Positions 1 to 9,911 are shown, counted from the first letter of the stretch. The stretch: DNA of 21,480 bases from Acutalibacteraceae bacterium (GCA_051877215.1 JBJEIR010000037.1:1-21480); one strand, 5' to 3'. Numbers and translations: made by a program. The notes: a model not told the origin generated them from the sequence alone.

Positions 1-115
1 GAATTTTTACTCAGCTTAATGCAGAGATGGTATCATACTTGCCAAAGTTTGTCAAGAAAAACCAATCCTCATCCAAAATACCGATGAAAAGCCGAAAAAT
101 GGCCCGTTTTGGTTT

Positions 116-1843
116 TTATTTGAGCGAGGCAAAGTGTGTCACACTGCCGTAGGAGCAGGCGACCAGCACATAATCGAGCGTAATCTGCTCCACGCTGTGC
201 GGCGCGACCTCGATTTCATACGCAAAGCTGCTGCTTTTGTTCACAAGCCCCGTCGTCATGGCGCTTTGCAGCACCTTGCCCTCGCGATCCCGCACCAGCA
301 TGGCAAGCGAGCCGTTATCTTTCAGAGACAGGCGAACGGTTCGGGCGGTATCCCCTCGGTTGACCAATGTAAAATGATCCTGGTATTCAATCATCCAGTT
401 GGCGGTATTGGCGGGTTTGCCCGTGCCGTCGGCGTGGTCGTTGTCGATGACGACCGCATTGCCTTTCGTATCCGAGCAGGCAAATTCCACCATATCCGTT
501 CCGACCGCGCTGTGGTCGTTCTGCGGATTCAGATGCGTCATCCATTGCTGTGCGCGCTTTGTCGTATGCTCCGTGCTGTCATAAGCGGCATACGGCTGTG
601 TTTTCGAGGGCAGCGACTCGTCATACCGGTTGGTATAGGTGACCGGCAGCCGCCCGCTCTTTGTTTCATCGTTAAAGGTCCATGTCATCGCATTGTCGAT
701 CACGCCGGCGTGCGCCGCCGTGCCCATATACTGTGCGCCGTACTGCTGCCCGCCGCGTAGGGTGACATATCCCTGCTGTTCGGGAGCCGCCTGCACCTGT
801 GCGCTGTCGTCATATACATAAAAGGTTCCGGTCACCGTACCGCCTGTCACGCAGAATTTCACATTTCCGTTGGCACATTTCTGTCTGCCGAGCTGCCGGT
901 TGGCCGTTTGGTCGACATTGATGCCGTTGTAAGCGTCGGCGGAGGTGCCGCCGATGACATAAAAATATTCACCCGCAGGCAAGCGATAGGTCACCGGCTG
1001 AAACACACGCGGCTCATAGGCTTTGTAACCGTAGTCATATGCGCTGTATTTGGAAGAAATCGAACCGCCTGCTGTGAGATAATCCGACGGCAAGGTAAAA
1101 GCCATGTTGTAAAAATCACACCACGCCTCTTGTCCGAACCAGGTGCCGCCCGCCTGATATCCGACATTGGTCACCGTGACATAGACATCCGTCTCTCCCT
1201 CATTCTTGAGCTGATACCCGAGGTAGCACGGCGCGCCGCTGTAGTTGGCGTGCTCAAAAGTGAAATACACCTCCCCGCTCAGATCGGGTGTGCGCAGCAG
1301 CGCTTTGCCGACATCCTCCGCCGTGAACATTTCGGGATTGTTGGAATAAATATAGGTGCCTCCCTCGCGCTTGCGATAGTCCACCGAAGCGGGAACACAG
1401 GGGTCTTCTCCGCCGCCTTCAACAGACAACGAGGAAATGTCCTGCGCCGTTGCCACATCATACGGAAGCGTGACGAGATGATTGTCCGCCTGAGCCTGCA
1501 AAGAAAAGGTCGTATCCGGCTGAGCGGTTTTGACCTGCACGGTATACATCCCGCCCGCAGTCAGCTCGGCGGTCAGCGATGCTTCCCCGCTTGAAAGCTC
1601 CCTGCCGTTCTGATAAACGGCAAGCCCGCTCGCCTGCTCACAGGTGAGTGTATAGCTGTCATCATAAGGCGCTGTCACCGAATACGCGCACACGCCGTCC
1701 GCATCGGTCTGATCTTCGATGCCGGACAGGCGGAAGCTCTCTGTATTTTTCGGCTCCTCGGGCGATGCGGAGCAAGAGGGTAGCAGACAGCACCCAAGCG
1801 CCACACAACAAATCATAGCAAGCATACGCTTTTTCATAACCAA
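116..1843 (-). CDS. Secreted protein of unknown function, probable lipoprotein (575 aa)
   Basis: Long uninterrupted ORF. The N-terminus MVMKKRMLAMICCVALGCCLLPSC-SAS has a basic n-region, a hydrophobic core and a lipobox-like LPSC. GGAGG lies 6 nt upstream of the TTG at 1843; an alternative ATG is at 1837. About 90 aa after the signal peptide looks like a beta-sandwich module. The remaining ~430 aa is Gly/Tyr/Thr-rich, and I recognise no catalytic motif. Confidence 0.6.
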   Translation of the reverse strand: MVMKKRMLAMICCVALGCCLLPSCSASPEEPKNTESFRLSGIEDQTDADGVCAYSVTAPYDDSYTLTCEQASGLAVYQNGRELSSGEASLTAELTAGGMYTVQVKTAQPDTTFSLQAQADNHLVTLPYDVATAQDISSLSVEGGGEDPCVPASVDYRKREGGTYIYSNNPEMFTAEDVGKALLRTPDLSGEVYFTFEHANYSGAPCYLGYQLKNEGETDVYVTVTNVGYQAGGTWFGQEAWCDFYNMAFTLPSDYLTAGGSISSKYSAYDYGYKAYEPRVFQPVTYRLPAGEYFYVIGGTSADAYNGINVDQTANRQLGRQKCANGNVKFCVTGGTVTGTFYVYDDSAQVQAAPEQQGYVTLRGGQQYGAQYMGTAAHAGVIDNAMTWTFNDETKSGRLPVTYTNRYDESLPSKTQPYAAYDSTEHTTKRAQQWMTHLNPQNDHSAVGTDMVEFACSDTKGNAVVIDNDHADGTGKPANTANWMIEYQDHFTLVNRGDTARTVRLSLKDNGSLAMLVRDREGKVLQSAMTTGLVNKSSSFAYEIEVAPHSVEQITLDYVLVACSYGSVTHFASLK

Positions 1844-2001
1844 TCTTTGCCTCCACTGTTGTTTTCATGCTTTCAGTATAGCCATCCCGTCCGCTTTTGT
1901 CCATAGATGCCGCTTCCAAAAACGCGCTCTCATTTTTAAGCATTTATGACAATCCGTAAGCGACTCTCTTTTTGTGCGCATGACAAAAACCGCCCGACCT
2001 G

Positions 2002-2481
2002 TCAAGCGTTATCTTGCCATCCCTTGCAGACATCGATCCAACCGGAAAACGGCGTATACCGTTCCAGCTCATCAATCGTCAGCTCAATCGCACTGTTGCT
2101 GCTCCCGCAAGCCGGAAAAACGGTTTGGAAGCGCTGTAAGGATTTATCCAGATAGACCGTCACCCCTTCGTTTACCGCAAACGGGCAGACGCCGCCCACC
2201 GCATGGCCGACGGCCGCCTCCACCTCCTGCAAAGGCAGCATTTTGGCCTTTGTGCCAAACTGTGCCTTATATTTCGGATTGTCGATTTTCGCGTCCCCGG
2301 CGGCAACGATCAAAACCGCACCGCCGTCCACCGCAAAAGAAAGCGTTTTGGCAATGCGGCACGGTTCACAATGCAGCGCTTCGGCAGCAAGCTCCACCGT
2401 TGCGCTGGACACCGAAAATTCCTGTATACGCTCTTCTATCCCCAGCGCTTTGAAATAGGTCCTTACTTTTTCGATTGCCAT
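2002..2481 (-). CDS. YbaK/EbsC-family aminoacyl-tRNA deacylase (prolyl-tRNA synthetase-associated editing domain protein)
   Basis: The 159-aa product has the family hallmarks as I recall them: CRIAKTLSF (conserved Lys), a GDAKID segment and a GHAVGGVCPF glycine-rich loop. Its size is typical of free-standing YbaK/ProX proteins. Confidence 0.8.
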   Translation of the reverse strand: MAIEKVRTYFKALGIEERIQEFSVSSATVELAAEALHCEPCRIAKTLSFAVDGGAVLIVAAGDAKIDNPKYKAQFGTKAKMLPLQEVEAAVGHAVGGVCPFAVNEGVTVYLDKSLQRFQTVFPACGSSNSAIELTIDELERYTPFSGWIDVCKGWQDNA

Positions 2482-2628
2482 ATAAAAGTCTCCTTATGTA
2501 TAAATCCGCAAATGATAAACAACATATGTTATTAGACCATATATGCCGAAAAATATCAAGTGTTTGCTGTTTTTTGATTTGAAAATTCCGTCTTGATTTT
2601 GTCCTGCAACGCACCCCCTCTTCTATTC

Positions 2629-2657
2629 TTGCTATTTTACAAAAAATTTGATATACT
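2629..2657 (+). promoter_or_regulatory. SigmaA-type promoter candidate for the dockerin-esterase gene
   Basis: TTGCTA (2629-2634), 17-nt spacer, TATACT (2652-2657). It sits about 57 nt upstream of the ATG at 2714, which is preceded by GGAGG (2701-2705). Confidence 0.45.
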
Positions 2658-2713
2658 GAGAAGCACTTTGAGAGACAGGTGTTTTTTCGATCAATATACA
2701 GGAGGTTGATTGT

Positions 2714-4159
2714 ATGAGATCCCGTATGCGCATTCTCGCTCTGATTTTGTGTCTTTGCCTGACGGCGGCGTCGCTGCCGCTGACCGTGTATGCCGCCTCC
2801 TTTTACGGCGACGCGAACCAAAACGGCACCGTCAACACCACGGATATCCGTCTAGTGCTGTCCCATGTCGTCGGTTCGCGTGAATTGGATGCCAAAGGAC
2901 AGCACCTTGCCGATGTCAATCAGGACGGAAAGGTGAGCTCAGAAGACGCCAGACTGATCATGCGGGCGGTCATCACCTCTATAGATTCCTTCAAGATTTA
3001 CAGCGGCGCCAAGCTCGTCACCTTCGGCGACAGCCTGACCGCTTTCGGGACATGGCCGTCAGCGGTCGCCGAAAGCTGTAATATGACGCTGTTCAACGGC
3101 GCAATGGGCGGCACCACTTCCGCACAGGGGCTAGACCGATTTGACCGATATGTCGCTAACCGCTCCCCGGACTTTGTCACGCTCTGCTTCGGCATGAACG
3201 ATCTGATCATGACCGAAAAAAATGTGCCGCGCGTCTCCCTTGAGCAATACCGCTTGAATATGGAAACGCTGGCGCAAAAGGTGCTTGACCTCGGCGCGAC
3301 GCCCATTCTCATGACGGTCAGCTATCTCAACGAAGAGGTTTTCTATACCACACAGAACCAAAACCCCTCCGATTATGCCGATGTCGGCGGTCCGCTCGCA
3401 TGGCTCGACCGCTATAACGCCGTTTTGCGGGAAATAGCAGACGAACACGGGTATGATCTCGTGGACATCCGCGCCGCCTGCGATGCGTATGCCGTGACGG
3501 ATTTTCTTGTAGAGGACGGCATCCATTTGGGAGCCCTCGGCAATGAGGTGTACGCCTCTCTGATCACCGACTGTATTCAAAGCACCTTTGCGGCAGACAG
3601 CACCGTACCGACCGTGCAGAATACCGTGGATTATACACCGAGTCCCTCCGAAGCGGCCATCGAAGATATCATCTCCTACCACCCCGCCGATTGGTATACT
3701 GTGACCGCCTCGCAGATGCAGTTTGCAAACGACGGCGGTGCGCTGACCATGTGCAACACAAACGGTCTTTGGCCGGAGGCCCACTATGCACTTGAAAAAG
3801 CGTATCTCGTCCCCTACGAAAACACCGAATTGGTATTTGATTTCACCACCGCCAATGTCAACGCGAGCATCATTCTCTTCTTCGGAGGCGCGACCCCGTC
3901 GGTATATCAAAACGACCAGTGGGTTGTCATCAACAGCAAGCTGTCCGCCTCCGTCGACAGCGGTTCGGGCGATATTCTCGGCAATCAGACGGTCAGCGGT
4001 TCTGTTCGGCTCTCGGATTTGGAGCTCCCCGCAGGCGCATTTGACGAGAACGGAAATGTCCTGATCTCCGGCGTAAAGGTGTTTGTCGCCGGAACAGCGT
4101 ATGAGACGGTGTCATTCCGCCGTCTTGCCGTTCAAACCTACGGCGCGCCGACGGCATAA
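2714..4159 (+). CDS. Secreted dockerin-containing SGNH/GDSL-family esterase with an uncharacterised C-terminal domain
   Basis: Signal peptide MRSRMRILALILCLCLTAASLPLTVYA. Two type-I dockerin Ca-binding repeats: DANQNGTVNTTDIRLVLSHV and DVNQDGKVSSEDARLIMRAV. SGNH blocks are present: FGDSLT (I), GMGGTT (II), FGMNDL (III) and DGIHL (V). The last ~180 aa has no motif I recognise. Confidence 0.85.
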   Translation: MRSRMRILALILCLCLTAASLPLTVYAASFYGDANQNGTVNTTDIRLVLSHVVGSRELDAKGQHLADVNQDGKVSSEDARLIMRAVITSIDSFKIYSGAKLVTFGDSLTAFGTWPSAVAESCNMTLFNGAMGGTTSAQGLDRFDRYVANRSPDFVTLCFGMNDLIMTEKNVPRVSLEQYRLNMETLAQKVLDLGATPILMTVSYLNEEVFYTTQNQNPSDYADVGGPLAWLDRYNAVLREIADEHGYDLVDIRAACDAYAVTDFLVEDGIHLGALGNEVYASLITDCIQSTFAADSTVPTVQNTVDYTPSPSEAAIEDIISYHPADWYTVTASQMQFANDGGALTMCNTNGLWPEAHYALEKAYLVPYENTELVFDFTTANVNASIILFFGGATPSVYQNDQWVVINSKLSASVDSGSGDILGNQTVSGSVRLSDLELPAGAFDENGNVLISGVKVFVAGTAYETVSFRRLAVQTYGAPTA

Positions 4160-4186
4160 TGTGCCTCAGAAACACAAACCATCTGA

Positions 4187-4225
4187 CACGGGGACGGAAA
4201 TGCGCTTTCTGTCCCCGTGTTTTTT
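4187..4225 (+). terminator. Rho-independent terminator after the dockerin-esterase gene
   Basis: CACGGGGAC (4187-4195) pairs with GTCCCCGTG (4211-4219), a 9-bp GC-rich stem, followed by TTTTTT (4220-4225). Confidence 0.8.
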
Positions 4226-4236
4226 GTGCGCAGCCC

Positions 4237-4264
4237 TTGTATTTTTTATAAAATCTGTTAAGAT
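4237..4264 (+). promoter_or_regulatory. SigmaA-type promoter candidate for metG
   Basis: TTGTAT (4237-4242), 16-nt spacer, TAAGAT (4259-4264). This leaves a leader of only ~55 nt before the metG start. Confidence 0.35.
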
Positions 4265-4325
4265 ATAAGATATGTGAACAGAAATGATAACAAGCGCAGA
4301 TGAGCAGCAAAAGGAGCGACTTTCT

Positions 4326-6281
4326 ATGGGGAAACAACCGTTTTATATCACCACCGCCATTGCGTATGCGTCGCGCAAACCGCATATCGGCAATTGCTAC
4401 GACATTGTACTGGCCGACATGATCGCCCGCTATAAACGAATGACGGGATATGATGTGTATTTTATGACGGGATCGGATGAGCACGGTCAGAAAATCGAAG
4501 ATATCGCAAAAGAACAGGGAATCACTCCGAAAGACTATGTGGACGGCACGGCCGCCCAGATCCGCGCCTCTTGGGATTGCCTGAATACCACCTATGACAA
4601 GTTTATCCGCACGACCGACGCCGACCACGAACGGGTCGTGCAGAAGATCTTCAAAAAGCTGTATGAGCAGGGCGATATTTACAAAAGCGAATACGAGGGA
4701 AAATACTGCATTCCCTGCGAATCGTTTTTCACCGCTTCGCAGCTGGTGGACGGCAAGTGCCCCGACTGCGGCCGGGAGGTTACCGACGCCAAGGAAGAGG
4801 CCTACTTCCTTCGCCTGAGCAAATACCAGGATCGACTGATGAAATACTATGAGGACAACCCCGACTTTTTCCGTCCCGCGTCCCGTAAAGCGGAGATGGT
4901 GAACAATTTTCTGAAGCCGGGGCTTGCCGACCTGTGCGTATCCCGCAGCAGCTTTAAATGGGGCGTTCCCGTCGATTTTGACGACCGCCACATCATCTAT
5001 GTTTGGATCGACGCTCTGTCCAATTACATTACCGGGATCGGCTACGATCCGGACGGCAGCAGCGAGCGTTTTGAGAAATACTGGCCTGCCAATCTGCATG
5101 TCATCGGCAAAGATATTGTGCGGTTTCACACGGTCTATTGGCCCATCATCTTAATGGCGCTCGGCCTGCCGCTTCCCAAGCAGGTTCTCGGCCATCCGTG
5201 GCTGCTTTCGGGCGAGGATAAAATGAGCAAATCGCGCGGCAATGTGCTGTATGCCGATGAGCTGGTCAACCGATTCGGATCAGACGCCGTGCGGTATTAT
5301 CTGCTTTCCGAAATGCCGTATGTCAACGACGGCACCATCACCTATGAGAGTTTTATCACCAAATACAACGCCGATCTTGCCAACACGCTCGGCAATCTTG
5401 TGAACCGCAGTATCGCGATGACCAACAAGTATTTCGGCGGTACGGTAAACGCTCCGAAACAGATTACCGACGAAATTGACAAATCGTTATATGAAGCCGT
5501 CGAAAACACCTGCCGGCAATATACCGCCTGTATGGAAGAATATCGCAACGCGGACGCCGCCGAAGCGATCATGACGCTTGCGCGGCGCTGCAACAAATAT
5601 ATCGACGAAACCGCCCCGTGGATACTCGCCAAGAACGAGCAGGACCGCGCGCGCCTGGAAACGGTGCTTTACAACCTGCTGTCCTGCATTCGCACACTCA
5701 GTGTCCTGCTTCTCCCCTTTATTCCGACGGCTTGCGCGTCCATCGCACGGCAGCTTCAGCTTCCCGAAGAGCAGTTGACCCTCGATTCTCTTTCAACGCC
5801 TGTCAACACCTTCTCTGTCGGAGAAGCAACCCCACTGTTCGCCCGTATTGATCTTGCCAAAACCCTCGCGGAAATCGCAGCGGAGCAAAAAGCGGCCGCC
5901 GAAAAAGAAGCCGCTTGTAAAGAAGACAATATCGCGTTTTTAAGCGAGATCTCCTACGATGATTTTGCCAAAATTGACCTGCGCGCCGCAAAGGTGGCCT
6001 CCTGTGAGCCGATCAAAAAAGCCAAAAAGCTTTTGAAGCTGACGCTGGACGACGGCAGCGGTACACCGCGCACGGTTGCTTCCGGCATTGCCAAATTTTA
6101 TACGCCGGAAGACCTCGTCGGCAAAACCGTCATTCTTGTCGCCAACTTAAAGCCGGCCACCCTTTGCGGTGTGGAAAGCTGCGGCATGATTTTGGCGGCG
6201 GACGCCAAAAAAGACGACGGCAGTGAGGATGTGCGGGTGCTGTTTGCAGAAGGGATCGCCCCGGGAAGCACGATCCGCTGA
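4326..6281 (+). CDS. metG: Methionine--tRNA ligase with a C-terminal tRNA-binding (Trbp111/EMAPII-like) domain
   Basis: HIGH-type motif KPHIGN and KMSKS are present. Zinc-knuckle cysteines are CIPC...CPDC. The C-terminal FAKIDLRAAKV...VANLKPATLCGVESCGMILAA is the OB-fold tRNA-binding domain. I place the start at ATG 4326 (MGKQPFYITT) because AAGGAG lies ~9 nt upstream. The ORF-track start at 4284 has no SD. Confidence 0.95.
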   Translation: MGKQPFYITTAIAYASRKPHIGNCYDIVLADMIARYKRMTGYDVYFMTGSDEHGQKIEDIAKEQGITPKDYVDGTAAQIRASWDCLNTTYDKFIRTTDADHERVVQKIFKKLYEQGDIYKSEYEGKYCIPCESFFTASQLVDGKCPDCGREVTDAKEEAYFLRLSKYQDRLMKYYEDNPDFFRPASRKAEMVNNFLKPGLADLCVSRSSFKWGVPVDFDDRHIIYVWIDALSNYITGIGYDPDGSSERFEKYWPANLHVIGKDIVRFHTVYWPIILMALGLPLPKQVLGHPWLLSGEDKMSKSRGNVLYADELVNRFGSDAVRYYLLSEMPYVNDGTITYESFITKYNADLANTLGNLVNRSIAMTNKYFGGTVNAPKQITDEIDKSLYEAVENTCRQYTACMEEYRNADAAEAIMTLARRCNKYIDETAPWILAKNEQDRARLETVLYNLLSCIRTLSVLLLPFIPTACASIARQLQLPEEQLTLDSLSTPVNTFSVGEATPLFARIDLAKTLAEIAAEQKAAAEKEAACKEDNIAFLSEISYDDFAKIDLRAAKVASCEPIKKAKKLLKLTLDDGSGTPRTVASGIAKFYTPEDLVGKTVILVANLKPATLCGVESCGMILAADAKKDDGSEDVRVLFAEGIAPGSTIR

Positions 6282-6300
6282 CACTTTTGAGCAACGCAGA

Positions 6301-6348
6301 CTGCCGAAGCACCGCCGTTTGGCGGGTCTTCGGCAGTTCTTTTCTTTC
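6301..6348 (+). terminator. Rho-independent terminator after metG
   Basis: CTGCCGAAG (6301-6309) pairs with CTTCGGCAG (6328-6336). An inner CCGCC/GGCGG extends the stem. A T-rich tract TTCTTTTCTTT follows. Confidence 0.85.
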
Positions 6349-6438
6349 AAGACCGGCCGCCGCCGTCTTGTTCTTTTTGCCGAAAGCACAAAAGCCTACT
6401 TTGAAAAGTCGTTTCAATAAAAAAGGGGGATCGGCCTT

Positions 6439-7203
6439 ATGCCGCTCATTTTTGATTCTCACGCACATTACGACGATGCCCGCTTTGACGCCGATCGGGA
6501 CGCTCTGCTCTCTTCCATGCCGCAAAACGGGGTCGGATATATTGTCAACTGTGCCACCGATCTACCCTCCTCCCGTCAGGCGATCCAAACGGCGGAGCAA
6601 TACCCGTTTGTCTATGCGGCGGTGGGATTTCATCCCGAAGACCTGCAGGGCGCGTCAAAAGGCGATTTGGACGCCTTGAAAACGATGTTTTCTCATCCGA
6701 AGGTGGTCGCCGTCGGCGAGATCGGTCTCGATTATTACTGGGACGCCTCCCCGAGAGCTGTCCAGCAGGACTGGTTTCTTAGGCAGATGCAGTTGGCAAA
6801 TGAGGCGTCGCTTCCCGTCATTGTACACGATCGAGACGCCCATGAGGATACGCTTCGCCTTTTGCAGCAAATGCGGCCGAAAGGGGTCGTTCACGCCTTT
6901 TCGGGCAGCGTGGAGATGGCGGCAGATATTGTAAAGCTCGGAATGTATATCGGGCTGGGCGGCGTCGTCACCTTTCAAAACGCACGCAAAGCGGTGGAGG
7001 TTGCCGCCATGCTCCCTCTCGACCGCTTATTGCTCGAAACCGACGCGCCGTATATGACGCCCGTCCCATTTCGCGGGCGGCGAAACGATTCTGCCAAAAT
7101 CGCCTATGTCGCAGACAAAATTGCCGAAATCAGAGGCTGCTCCGCCGAAGAGATTCTCGACGCCACAACCCAAAATGCCAAAAGGCTGTTCGGCATTGCG
7201 TAA
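6439..7203 (+). CDS. tatD: TatD-family metal-dependent hydrolase (YabD-like DNase)
   Basis: The N-terminus is FDSHAHYDD (HxH metal site). Other motifs include GEIGLDYYW, VHDRDAHEDT and LLETDAPYMTP. The metG-yabD adjacency is conserved in Firmicutes. An AAGGGGGA SD lies 8 nt upstream. Confidence 0.9.
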   Translation: MPLIFDSHAHYDDARFDADRDALLSSMPQNGVGYIVNCATDLPSSRQAIQTAEQYPFVYAAVGFHPEDLQGASKGDLDALKTMFSHPKVVAVGEIGLDYYWDASPRAVQQDWFLRQMQLANEASLPVIVHDRDAHEDTLRLLQQMRPKGVVHAFSGSVEMAADIVKLGMYIGLGGVVTFQNARKAVEVAAMLPLDRLLLETDAPYMTPVPFRGRRNDSAKIAYVADKIAEIRGCSAEEILDATTQNAKRLFGIA

Positions 7204-7284
7204 TATATGCCGTTTTACGCAGGGCGCGCATTTTTGAAAGAGAGCAAGTACCGCCTTGTCTTTCGCCAAAAACATCATCGCATA

Positions 7285-7322
7285 TAAAAAAGGGGAGCTG
7301 TCGGTTGACCGCTCCCCTTTTT
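7285..7322. terminator. Bidirectional terminator between convergent tatD and pcrA
   Basis: GGGGAGC (7292-7298) pairs with GCTCCCC (7311-7317). An A-run lies on the left and a T-run on the right, so it can terminate transcripts from both strands. Confidence 0.8.
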
Positions 7323-7331
7323 AAATATACC

Positions 7332-9797
7332 TTATTCTTCTTTTTCCAAATGTACAAAATTCGCCATAATTTTTTTCACGCCCGCCGTGTCAAAGGCAAT
7401 CGTCAGCAGACAATCATTGCCCATCGGAGATACCGATTGAATCGTGCCGCGCCCGAACACCTTATGGCGAATCACATCGCCCGCGCTCCATAAGGACGCC
7501 GCCGATGCTTTTTTGGTATCGGTGGCAGCTGCGAGCTTCTGTCGATTGATCGCGCGGTCGGCCGTATGCGACGCCATGCCTGTGCCAAAGCTGCCTTGCG
7601 AACGCTCGGCGGCATTTTTTTCCGCCGCGGCAATCAGTTCGGCGGCACTCTGACGGTATGAGGTATCGGCGGCATACCCGGTTCCTCTTCGGCGGCTGCC
7701 GTAATCATCGGAAAATCCCATGTAATCCGGCATGGTCGAAAGGTCGTGCTCACTGATCAGTTCCGCCGGAATATCATCAAAAAAGCGGGACACGCGGTTG
7801 CGGTTGGTCATGCCGAACAGCATCCGGCTTTTGGCGCAGGTGATATACAGCCGTTCTTTGGCACGGGTGATGCCGACATAGCACAGACGCCGCTCTTCCT
7901 CCATTTCCTCCGGTTGGAAAAGGCTGTTGCGGCCGGGGAAAATCCCATCCTCAAAGCCGGGCAAAAAGACGACGGGAAACTCCAGCCCCTTTGCCGCGTG
8001 CATCGTCATCAGCACCATCGTATCCGCATCGGCATCATAATTATCCACATCGGTCATCAGCGCCGCTTCCTCAAGAAAGCCCGCCAGCGACGGCAAATAT
8101 TCCGTGCTGTTTTGCTCATAGTCGATGAGCGAGGATTCCAGCTCCTGCAAGGTTTCGACCCGGCCTGCCTCCGTTTCCCCCATCATTTCCCACATGGCGA
8201 GATAGCCCGTCTGCTCGAGCATCTCCCGATACAGTTCATGCGGCAGCGTTTCGCCGTCCTCCGCGCGCTCACGCAGAGAATCAAAAAGCGCCGTGACCGC
8301 CTTGAGCTTTTGCGCCGCGCGGGACAGCGCGGGATACTCTTCGGCATGAGCGATCACCTCATACAGCGACTGCCCAAGCTGCGACGCGATCTCCGCCGCA
8401 TGATCCACGGTGGTCTCTCCGATTCCGCGTTTCGGAGTGTTGATGATCCGCCGCAGCGACACATCATCGGCGGGATTGTTGATCACGCGCAGATACGCCA
8501 TCGCATCGCGTACCTCCTGTGTATCATAAAAACGATGTCCCCCAATGACGCGATACGGTACGGCGCTCTTGACAAGAGCGCGTTCAATGGCATTGGACTG
8601 AGCCCGTGCGCGATAAAGCACCGCGAAATCACGGTAGCGCCGTCCCGCCGCCACGCCGTTTTGCACCGTCTCGGCAATCAGGCGCGCCTCTTCATCCTCG
8701 TTATCCAGCGTATACCAGGAAATCTGCTCTCCCTGAGCATTGTCCGTCCAGAGCGTTTTGCCTTTTCGGTTTTGATTTTTCTCAATCACACGGTTGGCAG
8801 CGTCGAGAATCACCTTTGTAGAGCGGTAATTCTGCTCCAAACGAATGACCTTGCAGCCCCGAAATTCCTGTTCAAAATTCAGGATGTTCTCAATGGTCGC
8901 TCCGCGGAATTTATAGATACTCTGATCGTCGTCCCCCACCACGCACAAATTGCCGTTCTTGCCCGCAAGCAGGCTGACCAAGCGATACTGCGCATGATTG
9001 GTGTCCTGATATTCATCCACCATGATATAGCGAAAACGGCGCTGATATTTCTCCAAAACATCGGGACACTGTTCAAACAATTCCACCGTTTTACAGAGCA
9101 AATCGTCAAAATCCATGGCGTCCGCCTGAGAGAGCCGTTTTTCATACAGCTCGTAGCATGCCGCCACCTTTTTTAAGCGAAAATCCGCGCCCACCTGCGC
9201 CGCAAAATCGGCCGGGGATAACAGTCTGTCCTTTGCACGGCTGATTTCTCCGAGCGCCGATTTATAGGAAAGGAATCGTTCTTCGATGCCGAGCTGCTTT
9301 AGGCATTCCTTCATCAGGCGCTGACTGTCCTGCGTATCATAAATGGTGAAATGGGAAGAAAAGCCGAGCCGCTCTCCCTCCCGCCGCATGATACGCGCGC
9401 AAAAAGAGTGAAAGGTGCTGGCCACTACCTCCTCCCCTTCACTTCCGAGCATACGGCAAAGCCGCTCCTTAAGTTCTCCCGCCGCCTTATTGGTAAAGGT
9501 GATGGTCAAAATCTGCCATGCGGGGCAGGGATTGACAGCACAAAGGCACCGCAATTCATCCGTAATCGGCGCGTCGCCCGCCGCCGCACGCCGCAGTGCT
9601 TCCAGCTCTTCTTTTGAAATGTCGTCCGGGCACGAGTTGTCGGAATAGGCTTCGCCGTAACGAATCAGCGACGCCGCGCGGTTGACAAGCACAGTGGTCT
9701 TTCCGCTGCCCGCACCCGCCAATATCAGCAGTGCACCGTTTGCGTGGAAAACCGCTTCCCGCTGCCGATTATTCATGCGCGTAAAATCCCGATTCAT
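7332..9797 (-). CDS. pcrA: ATP-dependent DNA helicase PcrA (UvrD/Rep superfamily 1A)
   Basis: Walker A AGAGSGKTT, TFTNKAA, the DEYQDTN DExx box, VGDDDQSIYKFRGA, LEQNYRS, MTMHAAKGLEF and VGITRAKE are all present. The C-terminal Tudor-like VIRHKVFGRGTI domain is also there. The start is uncertain. I prefer ATG 9797 (MNRDFTRMNNRQREAV...), which puts Walker A at the usual distance from the N-terminus. The ORF track extends to a TTG at 9899. Confidence 0.9.
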   Translation of the reverse strand: MNRDFTRMNNRQREAVFHANGALLILAGAGSGKTTVLVNRAASLIRYGEAYSDNSCPDDISKEELEALRRAAAGDAPITDELRCLCAVNPCPAWQILTITFTNKAAGELKERLCRMLGSEGEEVVASTFHSFCARIMRREGERLGFSSHFTIYDTQDSQRLMKECLKQLGIEERFLSYKSALGEISRAKDRLLSPADFAAQVGADFRLKKVAACYELYEKRLSQADAMDFDDLLCKTVELFEQCPDVLEKYQRRFRYIMVDEYQDTNHAQYRLVSLLAGKNGNLCVVGDDDQSIYKFRGATIENILNFEQEFRGCKVIRLEQNYRSTKVILDAANRVIEKNQNRKGKTLWTDNAQGEQISWYTLDNEDEEARLIAETVQNGVAAGRRYRDFAVLYRARAQSNAIERALVKSAVPYRVIGGHRFYDTQEVRDAMAYLRVINNPADDVSLRRIINTPKRGIGETTVDHAAEIASQLGQSLYEVIAHAEEYPALSRAAQKLKAVTALFDSLRERAEDGETLPHELYREMLEQTGYLAMWEMMGETEAGRVETLQELESSLIDYEQNSTEYLPSLAGFLEEAALMTDVDNYDADADTMVLMTMHAAKGLEFPVVFLPGFEDGIFPGRNSLFQPEEMEEERRLCYVGITRAKERLYITCAKSRMLFGMTNRNRVSRFFDDIPAELISEHDLSTMPDYMGFSDDYGSRRRGTGYAADTSYRQSAAELIAAAEKNAAERSQGSFGTGMASHTADRAINRQKLAAATDTKKASAASLWSAGDVIRHKVFGRGTIQSVSPMGNDCLLTIAFDTAGVKKIMANFVHLEKEE

Positions 9798-9911
9798 GAT
9801 CTCGCGGCGCAGGGTGCAGAATTCTTCCGAAGAGGTATACAAAGGTCTCACAATCCTTTCCGTTTGAAAAGAGCCGGTAAAGCCGTCGAAATTTTTCAAC
9901 TTCCTGTTCAG

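Noticed and set aside
4226-4325. Expected T-box or S-box leader upstream of metG (and likewise upstream of metA, 14408-14485)
   Set aside because: The leaders are only ~55-100 nt long and contain no specifier-loop/T-box sequence or SAM-I core. They are too short for either element.
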